Shown in pieces: positions 51,617-61,152 of a DNA stretch of 64,000 nucleotides. Each line of letters begins with the position of its first letter. The stretch's first letter is position 1. The DNA comes from Spirochaetota bacterium (GTDB lineage: Bacteria > Spirochaetota > UBA4802 > UBA5550). The position numbers and the translations under genes were made by a program. The notes below the pieces were generated by a model. The model saw nothing but the letters and a program-made list of their open reading frames with translations, was not told the DNA's origin and searched no databases. Location of the stretch: contig DAIUKG010000001.1 of NCBI GenBank assembly GCA_036848375.1, positions 128,110-192,109 of the forward strand, in the 5' to 3' direction.

Positions 51617-54202
51617 TTATTTGTTGGTAAATACCAGATTCTGCCCGTCCGAATCAATGGATATCTTCTGGTCGGATGTCACATTACCGCTCAGAAGTTT
51701 TACTGAAAGCGGGTTGAGCAGATGGCGCTGGATCGAGCGCTTTAACGGCCTGGCGCCGAACTGCGGATCGAACCCGTCTTTCACCAGAAACTCCATGGCC
51801 TTCTTCGTCATGGTCATGGATATGCCGCGCTCCTTCAAGCGTTCAACCACCTGGACAAGCTGGATTTTCACGATTTCCTTAATATTATCCTCGCTGAGCG
51901 GATTAAAAATGATAATCTCGTCAACCCTGTTCAGGAACTCGGGCTTGAAATTCATTTTCAATTCCTGTTCCATTCCCTTGCGCCGTTCCTCCATCGGTAT
52001 CGATTCATTCCCGATATAGGCTGTACCGATGTTGGAAGTCATCACGATGAGCGTGTTTTTAAAATCGACAGACCTTCCCTTCGAATCAGTAAGCCGCCCT
52101 TCATCCAGTATCTGCAGAAAAATATTGAACACGTCATGATGGGCCTTTTCAATTTCATCAAAAAGGATGACGGAATAGGGCCTTCTTCTGACCGCTTCGG
52201 TGAGCTGACCGCCTTCATCGTAGCCGACATATCCCGGAGGCGCGCCGATAAGCCTTGCAACAGAATGCTTTTCCATGTACTCAGACATGTCAATGCGCAC
52301 AATGGCTTTCTCGTCATTAAAGAGAAACTCGGCAACCGCCTTTGCCGTTTCGGTTTTTCCGACTCCCGTGGGCCCGAGAAAAATAAAAGTCCCCACAGGC
52401 CTGTTCGGGTCAGCAAGCCCTGAACGGGACCGCCTTACCGCGTCAGAGATGGCGCTCACCGCGGCGTCCTGCCCCACGACCCGCTGTTTCAGAATGCTTT
52501 CCATGCTGACCAGCTTTTCCTTTTCTCCCTCGAGCATCTTCGAAACCGGGATTCCCGTCCAGCGTGAAACAACAGCGGCAATCTCCTGCTCGGTAACTTC
52601 TTCTTTAAGCAGGATGCTGTCCTTCTGAAGCCCCTTGAGCTTTTCGTTCGCCTGGTTGAGTTTCTTTTCGAGCTCCGCGATTTTTCCGTAACGGATTTCT
52701 GCAACGAGGTTCAGGTTCCCTTCCCGTTCCGCTTTCTGTTCCTGGAGCCTGAGGTTTTCAATCTCCTCCTTTATTTTTCTGATATCCGTAATGATCGACT
52801 TTTCGTTTTTCCACTGCGCGACAAGGCCGTTTTTCTTTTCATTCAGGTTCGCCAGGTCCTCTTCAATCTTAGAAAGCCGCTCCTTGGACGCCTTGTCCTT
52901 TTCCTTCTTTAACGCCTCACGTTCAATGCTGAGCTGCCGGATCTTCCTCTCCAGGTCATCGATATCAATCGGCATTGAATCGATTTCCATTTTTATCAGG
53001 GACGCCGACTCGTCAATCAGGTCAACCGCCTTGTCCGGCAGAAAGCGGTCGGTGATATACCGGTCCGAAAGAATGGCGGCGGCAACAACCGCGGAATCAG
53101 AAATCCGGACACCGTGGTGGACTTCATATTTTTCCTTGAGTCCCCGCAGGATGGCGATGGTATCCTCAACCGAAGGCTCGCTGGTATAGACCGTCTGAAA
53201 CCGGCGCTCCAGGGCCTTGTCTTTTTCGATATATTTCTGGTATTCGGCCAGGGTGGTCGCTCCCACGGCCCTGAGCTCACCGCGGGCAAGTGCGGGTTTG
53301 AGCATATTCGACGCATCCATTGATCCCTCCGCAGCGCCGGCGCCGACCAGGGTATGCAGTTCATCAATGAAAAGAATCACCTCGCCGTCTGATTCCTCAA
53401 CTTCCTGGATCACCGCTTTGAGGCGCTCTTCAAATTCGCCGCGGTACTTTGATCCGGCAACGAGCGCGCCCATATCAAGGGCCACGACCCTTTTGTTCTT
53501 CAAGTTTTCGGGCACGTCTCCGGATACGATCCTCTGTGCCAGGCCCTCGACAATGGCCGTTTTCCCGACTCCCGGCTCTCCGATAAGAACCGGGTTGTTT
53601 TTAGTCCTCCTGGTGAGGACCTGCATCACCCTTCTGATTTCCTCATCCCTGCCGATAACGGGATCGAGTTTATTGATCCTCGCCAGCCGGGTGAGGTCCC
53701 TGCTGAACCGGTCGAGGGCATTGTATTTTTCTTCAGCGTTTTCCGCATCGGCACGCTTGTTTCCGCGAATATCCATGAGGACACGAAGAATGTTTTCCCT
53801 GGTGAACCCGTGAGCATTCAGTATCCGCCTGGCCTTGCCCTGTCCCTTGTCAGAAAGGGCAAGAATCAAATGCTCGGTGCTCAGATAATTGTCTTTCAGG
53901 TTAACCGCTTCGTTCCATGCCTGGTTGAGCAGGTCCCGCAACGCGGGGGACATGACACCGCCGCCGGGGCCGGCACCGACCTGCCTCGGCAGGCCTGAAA
54001 GCGTCTGGTTAATTTCATCCTGCAAGCCGAATGTTGAAGCCCCGATCTTCTGTGCAATGGATTCGAAAATTCCTCCTTCCTGGTCAACAAGAGCCTTGAG
54101 CAGGTGTTCCGGCTGAATCTCGTAGTGGTTCATGTCTGTCGCAATATTCTGCGCAGTGCTGAATGCGTCCTGCGCTTTTAATGTCAGTTTATCCATTCTC
54201 AT
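51617..54202 (-). CDS. clpB: ATP-dependent chaperone ClpB
   Basis: 861 aa; two AAA+ modules (Walker A GEPGVGKT and GPTGVGKT), long coiled-coil middle domain, N-terminal Clp repeat. Confidence 0.95.
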   Translation of the reverse strand: MRMDKLTLKAQDAFSTAQNIATDMNHYEIQPEHLLKALVDQEGGIFESIAQKIGASTFGLQDEINQTLSGLPRQVGAGPGGGVMSPALRDLLNQAWNEAVNLKDNYLSTEHLILALSDKGQGKARRILNAHGFTRENILRVLMDIRGNKRADAENAEEKYNALDRFSRDLTRLARINKLDPVIGRDEEIRRVMQVLTRRTKNNPVLIGEPGVGKTAIVEGLAQRIVSGDVPENLKNKRVVALDMGALVAGSKYRGEFEERLKAVIQEVEESDGEVILFIDELHTLVGAGAAEGSMDASNMLKPALARGELRAVGATTLAEYQKYIEKDKALERRFQTVYTSEPSVEDTIAILRGLKEKYEVHHGVRISDSAVVAAAILSDRYITDRFLPDKAVDLIDESASLIKMEIDSMPIDIDDLERKIRQLSIEREALKKEKDKASKERLSKIEEDLANLNEKKNGLVAQWKNEKSIITDIRKIKEEIENLRLQEQKAEREGNLNLVAEIRYGKIAELEKKLNQANEKLKGLQKDSILLKEEVTEQEIAAVVSRWTGIPVSKMLEGEKEKLVSMESILKQRVVGQDAAVSAISDAVRRSRSGLADPNRPVGTFIFLGPTGVGKTETAKAVAEFLFNDEKAIVRIDMSEYMEKHSVARLIGAPPGYVGYDEGGQLTEAVRRRPYSVILFDEIEKAHHDVFNIFLQILDEGRLTDSKGRSVDFKNTLIVMTSNIGTAYIGNESIPMEERRKGMEQELKMNFKPEFLNRVDEIIIFNPLSEDNIKEIVKIQLVQVVERLKERGISMTMTKKAMEFLVKDGFDPQFGARPLKRSIQRHLLNPLSVKLLSGNVTSDQKISIDSDGQNLVFTNK

Positions 54203-54494
54203 TGAATTACTCCTGTTTCATAATAGCCGGCTGTAATCATCAGTCCATACATACTGACTGATACATTACATGATTATCTTAAATGAATGCAATGAATAAA
54301 ATCATCCATTCATTAATGTATTCAATAAAGGAACACACCTAACAGTTCCTGAACACATGCCGGTTCATGAATTATAGATTATAGGGCTGGTTGAAGGAGG
54401 TATCTGCGGGCTGTTTTTTTTGTACCCGCATCACTATATATAATAAATAATATTCATTTCATCGTCAACTGCAATACTGCAATTACAAACAACA

Positions 54495-54525
54495 AAGGCG
54501 GAAAATAATCATTATCTTCCGCCTT
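54495..54525 (-). terminator. terminator hairpin downstream of the 54558..55079 gene
   Basis: AAGGCGGAA-N13-TTCCGCCTT followed on the minus strand by UGUUGUUUGUAAUU. Confidence 0.5.
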
Positions 54526-54557
54526 ATACCGTATCAGCTTATTTCCCGGCAGGTGAG

Positions 54558-55079
54558 TTAAAGACTTTCCAGCCTGGATTGGGCTTTATCCGCCATTTCA
54601 CGGATATAATGGAAGTGATTGATATCATCCACACAAAAATAAATAACCATATTGTCCCGGGCCAGGGATATGGAACGATCGCTGTTAAACCCCACGTATT
54701 CAGTGACTTTGGCGATTTCACTTCTGGCTGTTCTGGCGTCATTATAAATGATGATATAACATACTATATCATCACCAAAGGGGTTATCCCTGTTGGCAAT
54801 AATCGTCATATGTATTTTGTTGACCAGCCCGCTGTCGCCGCCCGGATATATTCTTCCGGTTAAATGTTTGATCGCGGCCCGGTCCATGAGCCAGGGATTA
54901 TCCTTTAAAACATTTTTTGCGAAACCGGGCACTTTTCCGAAAACAAACCCTTCAGGGACTTCACCCGAGCTTATTTTTAACTTTTCAATTACATCAGTTG
55001 AATATTCCGTACTTCCCCTGAAAACAAAGATAAAGGCCACCATTATGATAACCAGCAGACTGACATATCCTTTTTTCAT
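54558..55079 (-). CDS. hypothetical exported/membrane-anchored protein
   Basis: 173 aa; N-terminal hydrophobic segment MKKGYVSLLVIIMVAFIFVF; no recognisable domain. Confidence 0.45.
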   Translation of the reverse strand: MKKGYVSLLVIIMVAFIFVFRGSTEYSTDVIEKLKISSGEVPEGFVFGKVPGFAKNVLKDNPWLMDRAAIKHLTGRIYPGGDSGLVNKIHMTIIANRDNPFGDDIVCYIIIYNDARTARSEIAKVTEYVGFNSDRSISLARDNMVIYFCVDDINHFHYIREMADKAQSRLESL

Positions 55080-55248
55080 GTATTCGCTCCTTTATATTAA
55101 ACACTCAGAGTTTTTACCAGGCTAACAATGTATTTTATTCCATCTGGCATGTTCCAATCCCAATATCGGCTGTTTCCTTAAAAATTATCAGATAATTTCT
55201 TATATTAATAAACAACATTATTTTTTTATTGCGACATAATATTTTTTA

Positions 55249-55277
55249 TTGACGGATCATTTACTCGGGGTTATTAT
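55249..55277 (+). promoter_or_regulatory. candidate promoter for nrdD (TTGACG-17-TATTAT)
   Basis: good -35/-10 pair ~130 nt upstream of the nrdD start; sits next to a direct repeat TTTTTTATTG x2. Confidence 0.4.
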
Positions 55278-55411
55278 ATGGCATACTTGATAGTCGATGT
55301 TATGTCTCTTTAGTTTGATCCGAACACTTGTTTTAATAATCAATACAAAAATTTTCATACACTAATAGATATATAAATTCTTCCAATTTTATTTTTTATC
55401 ATGGAGTCCCT

Positions 55412-57448
55412 ATGAATTCACCTGAAACCGTAATTGAATATATTCGAAAACGGGACGGAAGAATAGTTCCCTTCCAGCATGACAAAATAACCGACGCAAT
55501 TTTTAAGGCAGCGCAGGCTGTTGGAGGAAGCGATAGAATAACCGCACAATCTGTTTCAGACTCAGTATTCGGTATTTTAAGTATAATTTATAAAGACGGA
55601 CGGATCCCTACTGTTGAAAACGTCCAGGACCTTGTTGAAAAAATGCTTATCGAGCGCGGGCATGCCAAAGTTGCCAAGGCATATATTATATACCGCGAGC
55701 AGCACCGAAAAATTCGTGAAGGAAAAAGTCTGCTCAATGAAGGCCTCAAACTCATTGAAGACTATCTTGACCGCTCCGACTGGCGGGTGAATGAAAACAG
55801 CAACATGAGCTACTCGCTTCAGGGCCTCAACAATCATATCGCGACCGCCATTACCGCCAAATACTGGCTTGAAAGGATTTATCCCCCTGAGATACGAGAC
55901 GCCCATATCAACTGCGACCTTCACATCCACGACCTCGGGCTTCTTTCGGCATACTGTGTGGGCTGGGACTTAAAGGACCTTCTGTTAAAGGGATTCGGAG
56001 GAGTCCCGGGAAAAGTCGAAAGCAGGCCCGCAAAGCATCTCCGAAGCGCGCTGGGGCAGATAGTGAATTTTTTCTACACGCTTCAGGGAGAATCAGCGGG
56101 AGCGCAGGCCTTTGCCAATTTCGACACCTATCTCGCACCGTTCATCCGTTATGACAACATGGCATATGAGGATGTTAAACAATGCCTTCAGGAATTCATC
56201 TTCAACATGAACATCCCGACCAGGGTCGGTTTCCAGACCCCTTTTACCAACGTGACCATGGACCTCACGGTTCCCCGGAACATAGCTGAAGAGTATATCA
56301 TCATCGGCGGAGAACCGCAGGATGTCACATACGGTGATTTTCAAAACGAGATGGACCTGTTCAATGAAGCCTTTGCTGAATGCATGTCCGAAGGTGACGC
56401 AAAGAACAGGATCTTCACCTTTCCCATCCCCACCTATAATATCACCAGGGATTTTGACTGGGACTCAAACAGATACGACCGTCTGTGGACCATGACCGCT
56501 CAATACGGAATTCCTTATTTCGCCAATTTCATTAATTCCGACATGGATCCTGAAGACGCCCGTTCCATGTGCTGCAGGCTTCGCCTTGATAACCGAGAGC
56601 TCAGAAAAAAAGGCGGCGGACTCTTTGGCGCGAACCCGTTGACCGGCAGTATCGGCGTTGTTACGATCAACATGCCGAGGCTCGCGCATAAATCAAAAAA
56701 TGAGCAGGAATTTTTCTCTGAGCTGGAACGCCTCATGCTAATGGCAAAAAAATCCCTGGAAATAAAGCGGAAGGTGCTTGAAAACTTCACTGAAAGCAAC
56801 CTGTATCCATACACCAAATATTACCTTTCCGGAATTTTCGAGCGCAACAAGAAATACTGGGTAAACCATTTCTCCACAATCGGGCTTGTTGGCATGAACG
56901 AGGCCTGTATTAATTTTCTTAACACGGACATTTCGTCAATTGAAGGAAAGGATTTTGTCGTAAAGGTCCTGGACTTTATGCGCGACCGGATAATGAAATT
57001 CCAGGAGGAAACCGGGAACTTCTATAATCTTGAAGCAACACCGGCCGAAGGCGTCACCTACCGTTTCGCGAAGCATGACAAGGAAACCTATCCTGAAATT
57101 AAAACAGCGGGTGAATTTGATCCGTATTACACAAACTCGGTTCATCTTCCGGTTGGCCACACCGAAGACCTCTTCGACGTTCTTGACCATCAGGATGAAC
57201 TCCAAACCCGCTTCACCGGAGGGACTGTTGTTCACCTCTTTATTGGTGAAAAAATAAATGAAATATCCATTGTTAAAAAACTGGTCAGAAAGATTGCTGA
57301 GAATTATGCGCTTCCCTATTTTACCATAACACCGACTTTCAGCATCTGCCCTATTCATGGATATATTCCCGGTTCACACAAGTACTGCCCCTACGATCAC
57401 ACTATCGAAGAGTTAAGGAAATACGGCATTGAGGTTGAGTTGAAATAG
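55412..57448 (+). CDS. nrdD: anaerobic ribonucleoside-triphosphate reductase NrdD (class III), apparently lacking the C-terminal glycyl-radical loop
   Basis: 678 aa; N-terminal ATP-cone; SMCCRL and GGGLFGANPLTGSIGVVTINMPRLA motifs of NrdD; C-terminus ends in a Cys/His cluster (CPIHGYIPGSHKYCPYDH) without the RVxGY...WNxGK consensus. Confidence 0.9.
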   Translation: MNSPETVIEYIRKRDGRIVPFQHDKITDAIFKAAQAVGGSDRITAQSVSDSVFGILSIIYKDGRIPTVENVQDLVEKMLIERGHAKVAKAYIIYREQHRKIREGKSLLNEGLKLIEDYLDRSDWRVNENSNMSYSLQGLNNHIATAITAKYWLERIYPPEIRDAHINCDLHIHDLGLLSAYCVGWDLKDLLLKGFGGVPGKVESRPAKHLRSALGQIVNFFYTLQGESAGAQAFANFDTYLAPFIRYDNMAYEDVKQCLQEFIFNMNIPTRVGFQTPFTNVTMDLTVPRNIAEEYIIIGGEPQDVTYGDFQNEMDLFNEAFAECMSEGDAKNRIFTFPIPTYNITRDFDWDSNRYDRLWTMTAQYGIPYFANFINSDMDPEDARSMCCRLRLDNRELRKKGGGLFGANPLTGSIGVVTINMPRLAHKSKNEQEFFSELERLMLMAKKSLEIKRKVLENFTESNLYPYTKYYLSGIFERNKKYWVNHFSTIGLVGMNEACINFLNTDISSIEGKDFVVKVLDFMRDRIMKFQEETGNFYNLEATPAEGVTYRFAKHDKETYPEIKTAGEFDPYYTNSVHLPVGHTEDLFDVLDHQDELQTRFTGGTVVHLFIGEKINEISIVKKLVRKIAENYALPYFTITPTFSICPIHGYIPGSHKYCPYDHTIEELRKYGIEVELK

Positions 57449-57451
57449 TAA

Positions 57452-57483
57452 ACACCTGTGAGTAAATACAGGGGTGTTTTTTT
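57452..57483 (+). terminator. terminator-like hairpin immediately after nrdD
   Basis: ACACCTGT-N8-ACAGGGGTGT (2-nt bulge) followed by TTTTTTT, 4 nt after the stop. Confidence 0.5.
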
Positions 57484-57566
57484 GTGACATAAAATGTTTA
57501 TTTATAAATGAAAAATTTCGACAATAATAACAAATAAAAAAATTAATATAACGTAAAGGTTTTACC

Positions 57567-57746
57567 ATGAAAAAAACTGAATTAAAAATGCCGGTTGAAG
57601 TTTATTCACGAGTCGTGGGTTATTTCAGGCCGGTCAATCAGTGGAACAAAGGCAAACAGGAAGAGTTCAGGGAAAGAAAGGAAATTTCTCTTACAAGTTT
57701 GCACAATTTCATTTTCAGTGCTGATCTCGCACAGAAAGTTTACTGA
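57567..57746 (+). CDS. stand-alone NrdD glycyl-radical-domain mini-protein, copy A (59 aa)
   Basis: not in ORF track; MKKTELKMPVEVYSRVVGYFRPVNQWNKGKQEEFRERKE... carries the RVxGY glycyl-radical motif and the WNxGK-xxE tail of class III RNR C-termini. Confidence 0.6.
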   Translation: MKKTELKMPVEVYSRVVGYFRPVNQWNKGKQEEFRERKEISLTSLHNFIFSADLAQKVY

Positions 57747-57800
57747 ATAAATACCGACAATTTTTCTTAAACGACATAAATTTTATAAAAGGAGTATACC

Positions 57801-57974
57801 ATGAAAAAAACTGAATTAAAAGTTCCGGTTGAAGTTTATTCACGCGTAGCTGGCTATTTCAGGCCGGTCAATCAGTGGAATAAAGGCAAACAGGAAGAAT
57901 TCAGGGAAAGGAAAGAATACGTACTGCCAAACATGGAAAATATTTCTGTATATGAATATCAGGGGAATCTATAA
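57801..57974 (+). CDS. stand-alone NrdD glycyl-radical-domain mini-protein, copy B (57 aa)
   Basis: AAGGAG SD; 38 of its first 40 residues are identical to copy A (RVAGY instead of RVVGY), with a different C-terminal tail; its last 23 nt overlap the nrdG start. Confidence 0.6.
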   Translation: MKKTELKVPVEVYSRVAGYFRPVNQWNKGKQEEFRERKEYVLPNMENISVYEYQGNL

Positions 57975-58650
57975 AACAACACTCATCGACTACCCCGGAA
58001 GAATAAGCACTGCTATTTTTACCGGGGGATGCAATTTGAGATGCAGGTATTGCCACAATCCGGGTCTTGTTCTGCCAAGCAATGAAAACAATTCTTTTAC
58101 CGAAGACGATATTTTTGAGCTTCTGAAAAAAAGAAAACATCTGATTGAAGGGGTCACCATTTCCGGGGGAGAGCCGACGCTGAACAGGGATCTTGACGAG
58201 TTTATTGCAAAAATAAAACTACTCGGATTCGCGGTTAAACTGGACACCAACGGTCTCAAACCCGAGGTAATTGCGCACCTCATAAGCGGGAATCTTCTTG
58301 ATTATGTTGCCGTGGATGTAAAAACATCACCTGATAAATACAGAAATCTGACCGGGAAAGACGTAAATTTTTCGACCATTGTTGATACAATCAATATCCT
58401 GCGTGAAAGCGGCATCAAGTATGAAGTACGCACAACCTGTGTGCCTGATTATGTTACCATAGAAGATTTTCATGCAATCAAAGAATCAATTGGATATGTA
58501 CACCGATATCAGCTTCAGCAGTTCGTTCCTGATCATAACCTCATTGATAACAATTTAAGGTCACTCCAGCCCTATCCGGTAAAAGTATTGTTTGAATTTC
58601 AAAAATTTGTTCAGACCTTTTCAGATAACTGTGAAATCCGGGGCATTTAA
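57952..58650 (+). CDS. nrdG: anaerobic ribonucleotide reductase-activating radical-SAM protein NrdG
   Basis: 232 aa; GGCNLRCRYCHN CxxxCxxC radical-SAM cluster motif near the N-terminus; directly downstream of nrdD. Confidence 0.88.
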   Translation: MNIRGIYKTTLIDYPGRISTAIFTGGCNLRCRYCHNPGLVLPSNENNSFTEDDIFELLKKRKHLIEGVTISGGEPTLNRDLDEFIAKIKLLGFAVKLDTNGLKPEVIAHLISGNLLDYVAVDVKTSPDKYRNLTGKDVNFSTIVDTINILRESGIKYEVRTTCVPDYVTIEDFHAIKESIGYVHRYQLQQFVPDHNLIDNNLRSLQPYPVKVLFEFQKFVQTFSDNCEIRGI

Positions 58651-58660
58651 CGGCCCCTTT
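58635..58660 (+). terminator. terminator-like hairpin at the nrdG stop
   Basis: GGGGC-ATTTAACG-GCCCC followed by TTTTATCTTT. Confidence 0.4.
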
Positions 58661-58777
58661 TATCTTTCCAGCTTCCAGACGTTAAATTCTTCAATTAATT
58701 ATTGACATTACATTATATTGTTTTTATGGAGCAAAGAAGCATTTCTTTACATTGAGTACGATAATCAGGAATTACCA

Positions 58778-59275
58778 ATGACCATATTAAAAAAATCTTT
58801 TTTCACGGCATTACTCCTGTTCTTCCTCAATCCTGTTTTTTCACAGGATCAGGATAAACAGCTCGGTACGGTTTATCAAATAAACCGCTCAAACCAGGAA
58901 ATTGTCGTAGCATCGCCACGGGCAGGCCTTCTCTTTAAAATGGGAGACCTGGTTTATGTTCCTACAGATGATAAAAACGTCATCCTTACCGTGACCTTCC
59001 CCATGCAGACCGTCGCACGCTGCAAAATCGCAAAAAGCCATCAGAAATACGGTGATGAAATTAAAAAAGGAATGCCCGTTTTTCGATATATACCGGGAGA
59101 CACCCTGAATTCTCTGCAAAAAGATTTTGAACGCATTGATGAGATCAGGCTTTACAATGGAAGGATTATCCGCGGAGCCATAATATCACGCGATGGAGAA
59201 TTCCTGATCCTTACACCGACAGGAAAGATAAAAATCAACGAAAACCAGATCAAAAACATTCGGATCATACGCTGA
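58778..59275 (+). CDS. secreted hypothetical protein
   Basis: start at MTILKKSFFTALLLFFLNPVFS (AGGA SD) rather than the upstream ATG; 165 aa; no recognisable domain. Confidence 0.5.
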   Translation: MTILKKSFFTALLLFFLNPVFSQDQDKQLGTVYQINRSNQEIVVASPRAGLLFKMGDLVYVPTDDKNVILTVTFPMQTVARCKIAKSHQKYGDEIKKGMPVFRYIPGDTLNSLQKDFERIDEIRLYNGRIIRGAIISRDGEFLILTPTGKIKINENQIKNIRIIR

Positions 59276-59301
59276 CTGATCAATAAAAACGCCTTTAATC
59301 T

Positions 59302-59913
59302 TTATGTTGCTGGTTTTTCGTTTACACGTTTTTCAATTCCGCGGCCGACGATGTCAGCCATGAATGTTCTGAAATCAGAATCGCTTATATTGAGATAATC
59401 GAGTATCCCGAGCTTTTTATACTGGAGCATTCCTTCCGTGACTGCCGCAAGGAATATGGAAAGCTTTTTCGGGTCAATATCCCTGAAAATTCCCTGGTCG
59501 ATCCCCATCTGAATGGGGTCTTCACTCATATATATCACCTCTTTGAACCTTTCAACCACGACTTGAATATCATCCCCCCCTGGATCATAATCCGCTTTCA
59601 CTTCCATGAGGATGTTATAATAGTCGCGGTGTTCAGAAAAAAATTCAATATAGGTATCATAGGTCGAAATGAGTTTCTGATTGGGAGTTTCCCTTTCAGC
59701 CATGCGCTGCCTGAACTTGCTTACCAGCAGGTCAATAGCCTCCAGGCAGATTGCCTTGTAGATGTCCTTTTTATTGTGAAAATGAAAATATACGGCACCG
59801 GTTGTGAGGCGCGCCTTTGCGGCAATAGCGCGTATTGATATGCCGTTAAACCCGTACCGGGGAAAAAGCAAACGCGCCGTTTCAAGTATTTTCTCTCTGC
59901 TGTTCTTTCTCAT
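59302..59913 (-). CDS. TetR/AcrR-family transcriptional regulator
   Basis: 203 aa; N-terminal HTH GFNGISIRAIAAKARLTTGAVYFHFHNKKDIY typical of TetR_N. Confidence 0.88.
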   Translation of the reverse strand: MRKNSREKILETARLLFPRYGFNGISIRAIAAKARLTTGAVYFHFHNKKDIYKAICLEAIDLLVSKFRQRMAERETPNQKLISTYDTYIEFFSEHRDYYNILMEVKADYDPGGDDIQVVVERFKEVIYMSEDPIQMGIDQGIFRDIDPKKLSIFLAAVTEGMLQYKKLGILDYLNISDSDFRTFMADIVGRGIEKRVNEKPAT

Positions 59914-59971
59914 TCATTCATCAGCCTGGTGGAATTGTCAGCAGGGCCTTTGAAAGGCCCTGCTGCGGCTC

Positions 59972-61018
59972 TTATGCAAGCTTCACGGCAAGTTCTTTAC
60001 TGATTGTTTTTGCTTCTTTTACAGCGCTCTCAATGACTTCTTTGACCGTGACGATTTCATGGATACATCCGGTGCACTGCCCGACAAGGTGAACACCATA
60101 ATCAAGGTCGCCCCTTTCGGTTGCAGCTTTAATCTTATCAAAAGCGGTGGCCATATGCATGAGCTTGGTCATATTTTCCGGCTGGGCAAGAATTCCCAGC
60201 ATGACTTTAAGCAATGGTAGCTTCATTTCCCTGGCTATCTTGGGGCCGACAAGCATGGCCCTGATAATATTCATTCCCTGCCTGATCGACTTCTCCGAGG
60301 TTTTCGTCTTTAAAACACGGCACCAGAGGCCGTCAAAGCGGTCTGAATACAGGGTATCGTCCACTTCAGCTTTGAGGTGGGACTCTTTCGCTTTCTCATG
60401 GAGAGGGCTCTCCTTGGTTGTTGCCAGCCTGGTTCCCATACCGACACCTTCAGCGCCCAGCGCAAAAGCCGCCGCAATCCCTTTGCCGTCAGAGATGCCG
60501 CCGATCGCGACAATGGGCAGCTTGACATGTTCCTTGATGGCAGGGACAAGGCAGAACGTCGTGACCTGGCTTCCATGGGCCGCGGCCTCATTGCCGGTGA
60601 CCTGAAGGGCATCGGCTCCCTGCTTTTCGGCAGCCATTGCATGCTTAATGGTCGTTACGGTCTGAATAACTTTTCCACCGTATTTATGGGCCCTGTCGGC
60701 GATCCAGTCGCATTTGCCAAGGGATACATTGATAACCGGGACCTTCTCTTCAAGAAGGACTTCGGCGTTTTCACGCGCACCGGGCATAAGCAGTGTGGCT
60801 CCGGCGCCAAAAGGTTTATCAGTCAACTCCCTTATCCTCTTTATCGAAGCCCTTGTCTGATCAGTGCTCAAGGGCCCGGTTGCAAGCCAGCCGATGCCTC
60901 CTGCATTGCATACAGCGGCAACGAGTTCAGGGGTGCTTATCCAGCTCATTCCAGGAAGAATAATGGGGTATTTTATTCCGAATAACTGGGTAATTCTGGT
61001 TTTCATAGAATCCTCCAA
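59972..61018 (-). CDS. nitronate monooxygenase / FabK-like FMN-dependent enoyl reductase family protein
   Basis: 348 aa; N-terminal ITQLFGIKYPIILPGMSWISTPELVAAVCNAGGIG typical of the NMO/FabK TIM-barrel family. Confidence 0.75.
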   Translation of the reverse strand: MEDSMKTRITQLFGIKYPIILPGMSWISTPELVAAVCNAGGIGWLATGPLSTDQTRASIKRIRELTDKPFGAGATLLMPGARENAEVLLEEKVPVINVSLGKCDWIADRAHKYGGKVIQTVTTIKHAMAAEKQGADALQVTGNEAAAHGSQVTTFCLVPAIKEHVKLPIVAIGGISDGKGIAAAFALGAEGVGMGTRLATTKESPLHEKAKESHLKAEVDDTLYSDRFDGLWCRVLKTKTSEKSIRQGMNIIRAMLVGPKIAREMKLPLLKVMLGILAQPENMTKLMHMATAFDKIKAATERGDLDYGVHLVGQCTGCIHEIVTVKEVIESAVKEAKTISKELAVKLA

Positions 61019-61152
61019 AAAAATAATATTTCGACCCTCTCGGGAAGAATTTTCATCATCGACAATTTTGTATTACTGGCACACAATACATCTCATTCTT
61101 CGGCAGTATAATTGTCAAGCATATCATCCTGCACCATTAAGACGGATGCAGG

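Noticed and set aside
55080-55411. NrdR boxes upstream of nrdD
   Set aside because: Only a half-site-like ACACTA is present; no pair of 16-bp palindromic boxes with the expected spacing.
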